A stretch of 64,000 bases of DNA, taken from contig NC_068983.1 of the NCBI RefSeq assembly GCF_001194135.2, positions 146,386,551 to 146,450,550 of the forward strand, given 5' to 3'. Positions 52,141 through 64,000 of this stretch are shown here, one piece after another. The notes under the pieces were generated by a model. That model made no database searches. It was not told the origin of the DNA and worked only from the letters and a program-made list of their open reading frames with translations. Position 1 is the first letter of the stretch, and each line of letters opens with the position of its first letter. This DNA comes from Octopus bimaculoides (Eukaryota). The translations under genes were made by a program, and so were the position numbers.

Positions 52141-52814
52141 GGCACATAAAAGACACCATTTCGAGCGTGGCCGTTTTTGTGCGGGTGACACGTAAAAGCA
52201 CCCACTACACTCTCTGAGTGGTTGGCGTTAGGAAGGGCATCTAGCTGTAGAAACTCTGCCAAATTGGATCAGAGCCTGGTGTTGCCATCCGGTTTCACCA
52301 GTCCTCAGTCAAATCGTCCAACCCATGCTAGCATGGAAAGCGGACGTTAAACGACGATGATGATGATGATGATGATGAAAGTTTTTGGTTGCCATTTCTT
52401 GCATGTCAAATAACCATGTAAGATCTCTCTCAGCAGCTCATGTTCATTTATGTGTGTGTGTATGTACGTATGTATGTATGTATGTATGTATGTATGTATG
52501 TACACATATACGTATGTATTTGAATTTTAAGTTCTTGAGAGGGTTCGATACAACAAAACATTTTAAGTAAAGAAAGTTCTTAGTGTTTGTAAATATGAGG
52601 TTGAGTTGGTGTGTTGCTTGAACTGTCAATGCATACACTCAAGTGTGTGCATCTATTCACATAAGAATCTCAGACAGAATTTTTAGAATGTCTTACAAAA
52701 TGTTTACTGTGTCACTCATAGATTGGATTTGGAAAATCTGTGTCAATTTTTTTCTTTTTTTGTGCTTTCTCTGTGAAATCAAGTATTTCTAGATTTTTGT
52801 GCTAGTTTGTTGGT

Positions 52815-52965
52815 ACATATAACCTAATGCACCTATGATGATAGGTACAAACAAGAATTCATAGTCAGGGTAAAAGAGCTTTAAGTTCTGCATTAATTCA
52901 CCACAAATGTTCTCTTTTTCCTGGATTTTGATTGTACATTTACATCTGCTGGACAGCTGACCTTT
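52815..52965 (-). mobile_element. Restriction-like-endonuclease (RLE; R4/NeSL-type) non-LTR retrotransposon C-terminal relic
   Basis: VSCPADVNV /frameshift/ KIQEKENICGELMQNLKLFYPDYEFLFVPIIIGALGY, typical of the RLE C-terminus (E.SCP....EK..KY..L......PIV.GALG). Confidence 0.65.
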
Positions 52966-53007
52966 ATAATAGTGCATGATTTTTGTTCCCTGTCCCATAT
53001 GCATGCC

Positions 53008-53122
53008 TGTATGTATGTATGTATGTATGTATGTATGTATGTATGTATGTATGTATGTATGCATGCATGCATGCATGTATGTATGTATGTATGTATGTAT
53101 GTATGTATGTATGTATGTATGT
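53008..53122. repeat. (TATG)n microsatellite
   Basis: Direct reading; similar arrays at 52465-52500 and 61230-61315. Confidence 0.95.
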
Positions 53123-53134
53123 TATCATTATTTA

Positions 53135-53885
53135 GTTTTAATTAAAAATTTCTTGCCAATAAAGAGCCAGTTTCTAACCAATTGCCAAGTCTTCATTGGA
53201 ATTTCAACATCAGCAGGGTATTAGTGCATGTATGTGTGTATGTATGCAGAATGTGGAGTCTGTGCATGTGTAAATTTGTATGTTTTGTTTTAAATATGTA
53301 TTCTCATGCATATAGTTTCATGTCTAGATATGTACCTATATACTTAAATGATAAACTTCTGGAAAATTTTACAAACTTTTATAGTTCCATTGATGGCTTG
53401 AATTTGTAGTCTTCAAGTTAGCTTTCTCCTTTCTAGTTGTGAAAGCTTAATTTCTCGCAATTGGTACTTAGGCAGTGTGTTATATATCCCAGGGCTCCAG
53501 TAATTACAGGTATAAATTTGAACTTGTAATCCAAGTAGAGTAACTATAAGTTTCTCGTTCTTTTTCACTGGTTTTTACCTTTATGTCTGTCTGTCTGTCT
53601 GTCAGTCTTTATTCAATTTTATTTTTAAGACTTTTGCCAATAGAGAAAGAGTCAGTTTTTAACCTAGATCCAAGGCTTCTTCATTGGAATTTCAACAACA
53701 CCAACAGGATATTTTTGTATGAATGTATGTATATGTGCAGATGTGTATGCTTTGTTTTATGTATGTATTCTCTAGACATGCCCATATATACTTAAATGAT
53801 AAACTTCTGGAAAGTTTAACAGATTTTTACATTTCCAGTGATGGCTTGGTTCTGTAGTTTTTGAATCAGCTTTCTCCTTTCTGGT
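53135..53885 (+). repeat. Two diverged ~300-bp copies of a microsatellite-associated repeat
   Basis: CTTCATTGGAATTTCAAC...TACTTAAATGATAAACTTCTGGAAA...GATGGCTTG...AGCTTTCTCCTTTCT at 53135-53440 and 53620-53885. Confidence 0.75.
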
Positions 53886-54784
53886 TTTTTTTTAATGTGT
53901 GTGTTTATGTGTGTGTGAGAGAGAGAGCATGTGTGTGTGTGTGTGTGTGTGAGCATGCGTGTGTGGGTTTGGGTGGGTGGGTGCTTTGCAGAGATAAATG
54001 TATGCATAATATACAGTTGAATAGGCAATATATGCCCATCACCCACTGTTGTTAAGTGACTGTCTAAAGCAACTGATAAGAAACCCAATAAGTCTGTTAA
54101 TCAGAAAATGGTCTGGCATGTCTATATCAATAGCTTTTCCGGCAACGTTTTATCTCCTGTCTGTTATATGTTAATTTCGCCCATGTGATGCCAAATATAA
54201 GGTGCTTCTCTAAGTTAGTGTAGTGACTAACCATCTCTATAATGATGAAGTATGTCATCTTTTTAATCCAGAAATGTTACATATAAAAGTTGCATGTCTC
54301 TGATGATTCAATATTATGCCTTGATTATGCAATTTATAACAACTACCTCATGTTAATGAAATGTGTGTAAGATGGTATAACAAAATTTCTTAAAAGCAAT
54401 CTTTCATGTTTTGTTTTGTTTCCTACATGTATTCTGAGTAACATTTAAATCTGGGTCTCTTAACAAAGGATATAGTTGTGATGCATAAACTGAAATAAAC
54501 ATGGAGTTTAAGTACTGGTTATTTGTTGCACAATTTAAGTTTTAAATTGTATTAGATGAACCAACAACTATACATTGCCAACTCTCATCTGTCTCTGAGA
54601 AATATTGGACAGGAATAACACGACAGGTTTCTTTCAGATTCCATTGACCAAATTCATTCACTGAGTTTATAGCAGGATACACCTGCCCAAGGTGCCACAT
54701 GGTGGATTTGAATCTGGAATCATGTAGTCAGGAGGCAAACTTCTTACGACATAACTATGTCTGTGCCTATATATATATATATAT

Positions 54785-55830
54785 AGGCTGGGCAAAGTTC
54801 AGAGAGCTCCTACTCCTGCTGGCAACAAAGGGATCTCTCTCAGAGTGAAAGTGTTTGATACCAATGTGCAAACAGCTATGCTACATGGCAGTGAAACATA
54901 GGCTGTGACAGCCGAGGATATACATAAGATTGAAAGAAATGAGGCCAGTATGCTTCGCTGGATGTGCAATGTCAGTGTGTATGTTTGATAGAGTGTAAGC
55001 ATCTTGAGAGAAAAGTTAAGCATAAGAGTTATCAGATGTGGTGTGCAAGAGAGACAACTATGCTGGTATGGTGATGGAATGCGTATGAATGAGGACAGCT
55101 GTGTAAAGAAGTGCTGATCTCTAACTATGGAGGGAACCTGTGTTAAAGGTAGACCCAGAAAAACATGGGATGATGTGGTGAAGCATGATCTTTGAACTTT
55201 GAACCTCACAGAGGCAATGACTAGTGACTGAGACTTTGGCAATGTGCTGTGCTTGAGAGGACCTGGCAAGCCAAGTGCACCCATGCTGGTGTCACGTAAA
55301 GAACACCTTTCGAGTATTGGGCCCTACATGGCAAAGTGGCTGAGTTCCTTTCGAGCACTGGACCTCATGGAGGCTAAGTGGCTGAATTCCTTTTGAGCTT
55401 TAGGCATCGATGAGGCAAAGTAGGTGAGTTCCTTTCGAGCATTGGTCCTCATGGAGGCAAAGTGGCAGAGTTCCTTTCGAGTGTTGGGCCTCATGAAAGC
55501 AATGACCAAGACCTTTGGCATTATGTTGTGTTTGAGAAGAAGACCTATCAAGCTGAGCAAAATTATAGTCATGGCAGATACTAATATCACACAAATTGGC
55601 ACCTGTGCTGGTGGCACATAAAAGTACCCCAGTGTCATGCAAATGGCACCCGTGTTGGTGACACGTAAAAGATCCCATTACACTCTTGGAGTGGTTGGTG
55701 TTAGGAAGGGCATCCAGCCTTAGAAACCATGCCTAATCATACTGGAGTCTAGTGCAGCCTTCAAGTGTGCCAGCCTGGCCAAACCATCCAACCTATGCCA
55801 GCATGGACAATGGACATTAAATGATGATGA
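54785..55830 (+). mobile_element. RTE 3' fragment with internal 42-bp tandem expansion
   Basis: GWAKFRELLLLL..., GSET.A.TAED, RPRKTWDDVVK, then five 42-bp units (55300-55500), then tail. Confidence 0.85.
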
Positions 55831-56088
55831 TATATTTATTCTTTTACTTGTTTCAATCATTTGACTGCAGCCATGCTGGAGGACTGCCTTAAAAGGCTTT
55901 TTAGTTGAAGAAATTGAATCATAACTTACTATTTGTAAGCCTAGTACTTATTCTATTGATATCACATCATCATCATCATCATCGTTTAACGTCTGCTTTC
56001 CATGCTAACATGGGTTGGACGATTTGACTGAGGACTGGTGAATCGGATGGCTGCACCAGGCTCTAATCTGATCTGGCAGAGTTTCTAC

Positions 56089-56197
56089 AGCATTCCCTAT
56101 TTCTGGCGAGGATGTAGTCGATTTGGCTAGTGTGTCTGCCGGAACGGTAGGTGACTAGGTGACAGGCAGGTTTCCTGAAGTTGGTATTGCAAATCAT
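56089..56197 (-). mobile_element. RTE endonuclease fragment
   Basis: ICNTNFRKPACHLVTYRSGRHTSQIDYILAR. Confidence 0.8.
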
Positions 56198-57529
56198 NNN
56201 NNNNNNNNNNNNNNNNNNNNNNNNNNNNNNNNNNNNNNNNNNNNNNNNNNNNNNNNNNATATATATATATATATATACATACATATACATATATATTTAC
56301 ACACACATTATACTCTATTTTAAATAAACTGAAAGGCAGCCCGTCCTTAACATGTTTAGTATACTAGAAATAGCAGTTATTAAACATACAAAATAACCAC
56401 TATTCTGATCTTATATGTTGCAAAGGGGGGATAAAAAAGTCCTCTGTAGTATATTAGGAGGCAAGATTAATTGATGGCACCTGAAAACAAATTGAGGGAA
56501 AAAAATAACTCCGAGGTGGGGAAGGGAATTTCCGAGGTGCAAGTTGACCCACCAAAATTGTTTTGTCTGTCTGTCTGTCTGTATGTATGTATGTATGTTG
56601 ACTAACTGCAGGTTTGCAAAGTTCTGGCAATGAAGCCGAAGAGAGTTGTTTCCCTTGTATAATATATTAGGAGGTTATGTATGTCTATATGCATATATGC
56701 ATTTGTTTCGTAAACTACATGAGTATGTGACATTGGCAAGTCGTAAAAACGACGAAATGTGCAGCACCTTGCTCTCGTGGTCATTTTCAGGAAAGTCTTT
56801 AGAGATTTTTTCTCAGAAGAAAACTGCAGCTTTTGGCTTTTCAACCATACTCATATATCAAGTATGTCATACATAAAGATATATATGTTTATGCATATAT
56901 GTGCGATTCTGTGTGTGTACTTGTATATGTGTGTGTGTCTTCGCGTTGACACTACTTCAGTACTCTTTTACACGTTTCAGTATTGACTGCGGCCATACTG
57001 GAACACCGCCTTTAGCCGAAGAAATCGACTCCAGGCCTTATTCTTTGTAAGCCTAGTACTTATTCTATCCGTCTCTTTTGCCGANNNNNNNNNNACAAGG
57101 CTTTGGTCGGCCCGGGGTTATAGTAGAAGACACTTGCCCAAGGTTTCACGCAGGGGTACTGAACCCAGAACCATGTGGTTGGGTATCAAGCTTCTGACCA
57201 CACTGCCACGCCCGTGGAGAAATTATTTATATCTTCTGTTAATAAAATGCCTGGCAACAGTTTGATGTATAAAGAATAGAATGCTTTACTTCTAAAACCA
57301 TGTAAGGTTACATCTGGCTGTACAACGCTGCCTTAGAAGTCTTGTTCAACTTATACTGGTACGGATAAAGCAGACATAAAAACATTAATGATGATTATTA
57401 GGAAAAATATTAAGGGCACTAAAATAAAAACAATAATAAAACTGAAGTGAAGAACGAATATATAGTGCGTATGTTTATTTGGCAAGTAAAAAAATGACTG
57501 TCCCGAAATATAACAGTATTAAGGATTAG

Positions 57530-58143
57530 GGATCTTTTTTAAAACGGGGGCCACATTTTTCATTAACGAAACACTTTGAAACTTGGAACACTGGTAGAAT
57601 GTGTCATATAAAACATCTTTTTCTCTTAGTCTTCTTAAAAAAAAAAAGAAATCCATAAATTATTCCATGTTAAAGTTGTCGTATTTCTGTAATTTCAACC
57701 AATCACTGACGTCCATTCAGCCGATATACATTAAGTGCCGACTACATAAACAAACGATTCTGAAACAATTAACCCTAACCCTAACCCTAACTCTAACCCT
57801 AAGCCTAACCCTAGGGTTAGGGTTAGGGTTAGGGTTAGAGTTAGGGTTAGGGTTAGAGTTAGGGTTAGGGTTAAAGCAAATTTAAAATGAAAAAAGCAAA
57901 TAAAACGAAGAATCGTTTGTTTATGTAGTCGGCACTTAATGTATATCGGCTGAATGGACGTCAGTGATTGGTTGAAATTATCGAAATAAGACAATTTTTT
58001 ACATGAAATAAATTCGAATACAAAAATATTTTTCTGTTCTATAACACAAAATAGATAAGTATACGAAGTTTGAAAGTCTTTCGGTACCAAAAACACTACG
58101 TAAAACATTAATGAAAAATGTGGCCCTCGTTTAAAAAAGATCC
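57530..58143 (-). mobile_element. Telomere-repeat MITE, copy 3 (opposite orientation)
   Basis: Same TIRs; flanking direct repeat GGATTAG (7 bp); core about (TAACCC)7-(TTAGGG)10 at 57770-57873. Confidence 0.92.
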
Positions 58144-58804
58144 GGATTAGCTAATATTATTAACTGGCTGGCTAAATAAGGGAGATAACTGGGAAAACAA
58201 TTCCATAGATAAATGTTACTCTTACTTTATAGTTGTTAGATTAGCAGTAAAAAGACATCTTCGTTGATTTACCATGCTTGAATGGAGTTTATTTAGGCAG
58301 ATTTTCTATGGCTGGATATCCTTCCTGTTGACAACCCTTACCTTTTTCCAAGTAAGGTAATATTTCCCTACCGTCAGACATATTTTCATAGAATATTGGA
58401 AATGAATGACACAACAATCACATGAGGTCAAGATAAAGAGACACAAACATACAAGATGCATGCACGCGTGTGCACACACGCACACATCAGGATGCTTCTT
58501 TCAATTTCTTTACAAGGCTTTGTTGGCCTGGGGCTATTGTTGAAGACACTTGACTAACCAAACTTGGAATTACGTGGTTGTGAAGCAAACTTCTTAACCC
58601 TATATCTAACAGTTAAAACCATGGTCCGCCAAACGAACCATCCTGTCCCATAGTAAGTGAAGCTCCCCCATACAATGCAAATATTGGTCAGTGTAAGTTA
58701 TGTTTAAAAGAATCATTAACCATTCTTTGCCTTCACAACTCGTCGTTACTCAATAGATTCTCTGATGTTATTTATTCTTGTAAACATTTATTTTGCCTAC
58801 ACCT

Positions 58805-60432
58805 TCATCATCATCATCATCGTTTAACGTCCGCTTTCCATGCTAGCATGGGTTGGACGATTTGACTGAGGACCGGTGAAACCAGATGGCCACACCAGGC
58901 TCCAATCTGATTTGGCAGAGTTTCTACAGCTGGATGCCCTTCCTAACGCCAACCACTCAGAGAGTGTAGTGGGTGCTTTTACGTGCCACCGGCACGAAGG
59001 CCAGTCAGGGGGTTCTGGCAACGGCCACGCTCGAAATGGTGTATTTTACGTGTCACCTGCACAGGAGCCAGTCCAGCAGGACTGGCAACGAACTCGCTCG
59101 AATGTCTTTTCACGTGCCACTGGCACAAGTGCCGTTGGTAACGGTCATGCTCAATTGGTGCTATTTATGATTTTGGTCTATCCCTGGCTCTGGCAGAGGC
59201 CTTGGATTTTGGTCTCACTTGGCTTGCTTGGTCTTCTCACGTGCAGCATATTTCCAAAGGTCTCGGTCAGAAGTTATTGCCTCGGCGAGGCCTAAAGTTC
59301 GGAGGTCGTGCTTCACCACCTCATCCCAGGTCTTCCTGGGCCTGCCTCTTTCACGGGTTCCCTCAACCGCTAGGGTGTGGCACTTTTTCACACAGCTATC
59401 ATCATCCATTCTCGCCACATGTCCATACCAGCGCAGTTGTCTCTCTTGCACACCACAACTGATGCTTCTTAGGTTCAACTTTTCTCTCAAGATACTTACA
59501 CTCTGTCGGGTATGCACACTGACATTACTCATCCATCGGAGCATACTGGCTTCATTCCTTGCAAGCTTACGCATGTCCTCAGCAGTCAAGGCCCATGTTT
59601 CACTGCCATGTAGCATGGCTGTTCATACACANNNNNNNNNNNNNNNNNNNNNNNNNNNNNNNNNNNNNNNNNNNNNNNNNNNNNNNNNNNNNNNNNNNNN
59701 NNNNNNNNNNNNNNNNNNNNNNNNNNNNNNNNNNNNNNNNNNNNNNNNNNNNNNNNNNNNNNNNNNNNNNNNNNNNNNNNNNNNNNNNNNNNNNNNNNNN
59801 NNNNNNNNNNNNNNNNNNNNNNNNNNNNNNNNNNNNNNNNNNNNNNNNNNNNNNNNNNNNNNNNNNNNNNNNNNNNNNNNNNNNNNNNNNNNNNNNNNNN
59901 NNNNNNNNNNNNNNNNNNNNNNNNNNNNNNNNNNNNNNNNNNNNNNNNNNNNNNNNNNNNNNNNNNNNNNNNNNNNNNNNNNNNNNNNNNNNNNNNNNNN
60001 NNNNNNNNNNNNNNNNNNNNNNNNNNNNNNNNNNNNNNNNNNNNNNNNNNNNNNNNNNNNNNNNNNNNNNNNNNNNNNNNNNNNNNNNNNNNNNNNNNNN
60101 NNNNNNNNNNNNNNNNNNNNNNNNNNNNNNNNNNNNNNNNNNNATCAGCATAGAGGAGCTCCCAGGGGCAACCTGTCTTGAATTCCTCTGTTATCGCCTG
60201 GAGGACAATGATAAATTGGAGGGGGCTGAGGACAGAACCTTGGTGGACCCCTACCTCTACCCAGAATTCTTCATTGTACTCGTTGCCAACCCTCACCTTA
60301 CTGACAGTGTCCCTGTACATGGCTTGCACAGCTCTCACTAACCACTCATCTATCCCTAGTTTCCTCATTGACCACCAGATAAGGGGATCGGGGGACCTTG
60401 TCAAAGGCTTTCTCCATGTCAACGAAAGCCAG
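58805..60432 (-). mobile_element. RTE LINE 3' half with complete tail (gap inside)
   Basis: FVDMEKAFD, VHQGSVLSP, WELLYAD, MLHGSETWALTAEDM, GRPRKTWDEVVKHDL, subrepeats and (GAT)n tail. Confidence 0.93.
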
Positions 60433-61375
60433 GTACAGAGGTTTATCCTTGGCTGGGTATTTCTCCTGCCGCTGTCTTACCAGATATATAGCATCAGTAG
60501 TGCTTTTCTCCTCTATTCAATTTCATACCCCACCTTTACCATAACATCCCCTTCCAATACCAACCCGATTCCTTTGTCCCACTAACAACTACTCTTAACC
60601 ACTTCTCACCCCTCTTAGCTACTGAGCCAGTCAACTTATTTCCCCCAAATAATAACAAGTCCTTTTCACTTTCTCAGTCTTTAACTCTATAGCCTTCATA
60701 CAAACTATCACAAAGGTCATCATTCACATACTAGCTCTGCTACTAACACTAGCCTCATTATTAACCCTAACCCTAGAATTTCTTTTTTCCTCTCACTACT
60801 CTCTATCTATATACTCCCAACTCCTCTTCCTAACACACTTAGTTCTCCACAAAATCATTCCATCTTTAAGCTCCATCCTGTCAACACCTCAAATGTAAAA
60901 CTCTCCTCTGAAGATGGAAGTGGTGTTATGCTTGTAATGGATCCAAGCAACTATCATTATTCCAGACCACCAAGCCCCCAGAAACAGCTTGTTGGACTTG
61001 TAAAACTCTACCCATTTAACTCCTGATAACATCTGTATTCTGTAAGTTGGACTATTTTATATCCATACACGTGTAAAATCTTTGTATGAAATTTATTTAA
61101 TATTCCGTATAAATCAATTTGCCTAACTTGCTTGCCATTACGTTTACTCTTATACCTGCACAAGATCAAATCTCTTGAGCATATCAAAGTGTATTCCATA
61201 TAGAGAACACCTGACTCTAACTTATAAACTGTATGTATGTATGTGTGTGTGTATGTATGTATGTATGTATGTATGTATGTATGTATGTATGTATGTATGT
61301 ATGTATGTATGTGTGGATGTATATATATATATACATACATATATAAACATATAGCTCCAGTGAGAATAGCAAATG

Positions 61376-61772
61376 GATGTTTTCTTCTGGCTGACACCGC
61401 TTCTATTCATAAGCATTGGGCAGAACATTTTTCTGCATTTTTGAATAGACCATCATCTGTTGACATGAGGATGATAGAAAAAATTGAACACCTTCCAGTT
61501 ATAGAAGAGATGGCATTTGAACCAACTCTAAATGACATTTATTTAGCTGTGAATAAACTGAATAACAATAAGTTTCCAGGGTCTGTTGGAATCTGTGCAG
61601 AAGTCTTGAAATATGGGGGTGACAAAATATTTGAACTCTTAAATATATTTATTTGTCACTGTTGGAGAACTGAGTAAGTGCCTCAAGACTGGATTGATGC
61701 CATTTTAGTCTCTTTGTATAAATCGGGGCCAAAGGATCTGTGTGGTAATTTCGTGGGATTTCTTTGCTGCAT
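61376..61772 (+). mobile_element. RTE-BovB-like RT N-terminal fragment
   Basis: WAEHFSAFLNRPSS...KLNNNKFPGSVGICAEVLKYGG...VPQDWIDAILVSLYK...CGNFRGISLL. Confidence 0.88.
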
Positions 61773-62457
61773 CGAGAGAAACTGATCTGACTGTATAGAG
61801 ACCTTGCCTATGAATGTTCTTCACTTGGAGCTTGAAGCACATTATTCCTTTCTTCTTTCCATGATGGTATTCTTTTCACTTCAAGAATCTTTGAACAGAT
61901 CTCAGGGCTGCTTGGATCACAGTTAATAGCAATGAAACCATTTTTGATACAACAGTCTACCACATCCTGAGCAACAGTCTTAGTGTGAATTGTCCGAAGA
62001 TCTCTGACAAATTTCTGGATTACGGAAGTCGAATGATGAAGATCAGGAACTACTGAAGTCTTTGGATTTCGATTTCCAGTCATCTTCTGCTCTGAAAGTT
62101 CTCTAGTCTCAACAAATTTGGTCTAGATTTCATTGCAGAGCTTATATTACTTCAACTAAGGACATTCGCAGTATGGTTTGTGGCATTTACATTCTTCTTC
62201 ATTTGATTAGATTTCTTATTACTGTGCAGCACATGTTCATGACAAAATTTGGCTTGCACAGAGAGAATATCCAATTTCTCCGCCTTGGTAAGGTTCCTAG
62301 GTCAATTTTTTTCATGAAACTCTCCACAGATTTGAGAAATTCATTATCTACAACCTTATGCTTCTTCTTGACATTTCCCTGTCTTTTGTTTTTTCTTGGC
62401 TCCAAAACATGATCTTCAACTTGGCCCTTTTCTACATTTCTTTTCATAACTTTTGAT
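61773..62457 (-). pseudogene. Decayed coding-like segment, probable DNA-transposase (Tc1/IS630-like) N-terminal region
   Basis: Strong acceptor (TTTTTCTCTCCCCTCCAG|) then frame-broken coding-like text: ...IQKFVRDLRT...TVAQDVVDCCIKNGFI / QAALRSVQRFLK*KEYHHGKKKG...; family assignment is from recollection only. Confidence 0.4.
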
Positions 62458-64000
62458 CTGGAGGGGAGAGAAAAATAATTAATGGTGCAAAATAGGTCTC
62501 AGTTATTATTATTTTTTGTCACACAGAAATCTGTTTTTTTTTTTACTCAGAAATCAATTTTTTTTTCAATTACCTAGCACTTCACTTGTTAGCATTTTTA
62601 AATGCAAAATCTTGTTGTACCTTGACATTTCAGGTTGATATTTGGGTGCTTGTATAAATTAAAGCAAAGCCAAAACAAAAATAACAACAACAACAACAAC
62701 AACAAAATAGTTTTTAGATTTATATTCTTTCATATAAAAATGGAAAATAAGAATTGAACATAATATAAGAACAGCATTAAAAAATATAGATATATACATA
62801 CATACATGAATCCTGATGTGAACTTTTATGTTGAAACATACATATAAATTTTGTATTTGAGAATGGTATATGACAATGATTTTTAACTTTGGTACTAGGA
62901 CTCTTAATTTGTAAAGCAAGTTGATCTTGGATACAGGCAAAGTTTATGCTGATAGAATTTGGACTCAGGACATAAAGAAACACATTTAAATGTCACAAAA
63001 CCTTTAGTCTGACTGTTATTATTTCATCAGTGCATCAAGCTCAAAGAATATAAAGACATAAGACTGGTTTCAGTATATATTTGGATTTTTGAATACTTTT
63101 CATGCCATAGGGAATCCAGTTGTTGTTTCTTCTGCCCTGGCTTGGAAAACTTATAGTCAAAGCTATTCCAGCTATGACTATCTCACATGTTTTTTTTTTG
63201 TATCTCAGAAGATATACTGACCCTTTTGAGATACAACAAAATATGTTTCAATGTACAAGTTCACATCAAGAATCTTCCAAACTAAATTTAAAAATTCTTC
63301 CTTTTCCAGCTATAGTGTAGCTTGGACTACATTGAACAGGTTGAATGATCACATAAAGTCTGGACTGGCACTACACAACAGCTGTTATTGCTGCAAGTGA
63401 ATGTAGTGAAAGAATTATAACAAGGATAAAGCAAAATATAATAATTCCTAGTAATTATCACCGGTATTGGAAGCAAATTGTTCCGATGCAAAAGGAATTC
63501 TCCATTAAGAATATGTAGGAAATGTTATGTAACATGGTAGTGTGATATGAACACTGAATACAGAAAAATTGTGAATTATGGAGAATTTGTTAAGAAAGAT
63601 TTGAGAAGGATACAGAGGAGTTTAAGTGGAAAAAGATCTGAGGACGGCAGCTAGCCATAAAAGGTACAGTTAGGTATACATGTGTGTGTGTGTGTATGCA
63701 TGTACGTATGTATATATATATATATATATTTGCACATACACATATATATGCATTTACATACACACATGCACACAAAAACACTCACGCATGTGCACACACA
63801 CACACACACACACAGGTGTGTGTGTGTATTTGGTTCCCAGCTACATGGTTTTGGGTTCCGTCTCACCGCGTGGCACCTTGGGCAAGTGTCTTCTGCTATA
63901 GCCCATGTCATCCGAAGCTTTGTGATTGAATTTGGTTGGAGGAAGATACTGCTGCATGTGTATATGTCTGTGTATGTGCTTGTGCCTCTCCAAGAGAGAG

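Noticed and set aside
57770-57873. True telomere or chromosome-fusion scar
   Set aside because: The array is short, sits inside a TIR/TSD-bounded MITE present three times, and is in the (CCCTAA)n(TTAGGG)n orientation, opposite to a fusion scar.
1756-60422. Long ORF-track entries containing X runs or (CV)n, (YI)n, (HT)n repeats
   Set aside because: They span assembly gaps or microsatellites and are not genes.
63308-63400. + strand exon candidate (YSVAWTTLNRLNDHIKSG...)
   Set aside because: Acceptor is present but the peptide is unrecognisable and no compatible neighbouring exons were found.

Overview
AT-rich animal genomic DNA from a gappy draft assembly (11 N-runs), dense in microsatellites, SINEs and RTE LINEs. 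The repeat landscape looks cephalopod/Octopus-like (inference). No prokaryotic features. One host gene was reconstructed by hand on the minus strand; no ORF-track entry represents it: PDCD10/CCM3, 7 coding exons (28236-28307, 25785-25838, 21234-21360, 18514-18640, 13732-13816, 11598-11680, 3293-3374), 630 nt = 209 aa + stop, all introns GT-AG. The rest is mobile and repetitive DNA: RTE, CR1-like and RLE-type LINE relics, tRNA-type SINEs, hAT-, piggyBac- and Merlin-like MITEs, and pogo-like and Tc1/IS630-like transposase relics. The two most unusual signals are (i) a young MITE family (3 copies, 7-8 bp TSDs) whose centre is a variable-length (CCCTAA)n-(TTAGGG)n telomeric palindrome inside a 72-bp hairpin, and (ii) a tRNA-headed SINE carrying a decayed minimal type I hammerhead ribozyme motif, present as an inverted pair in a PDCD10 intron. 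All alignments and translations were done by eye; no searches were run.
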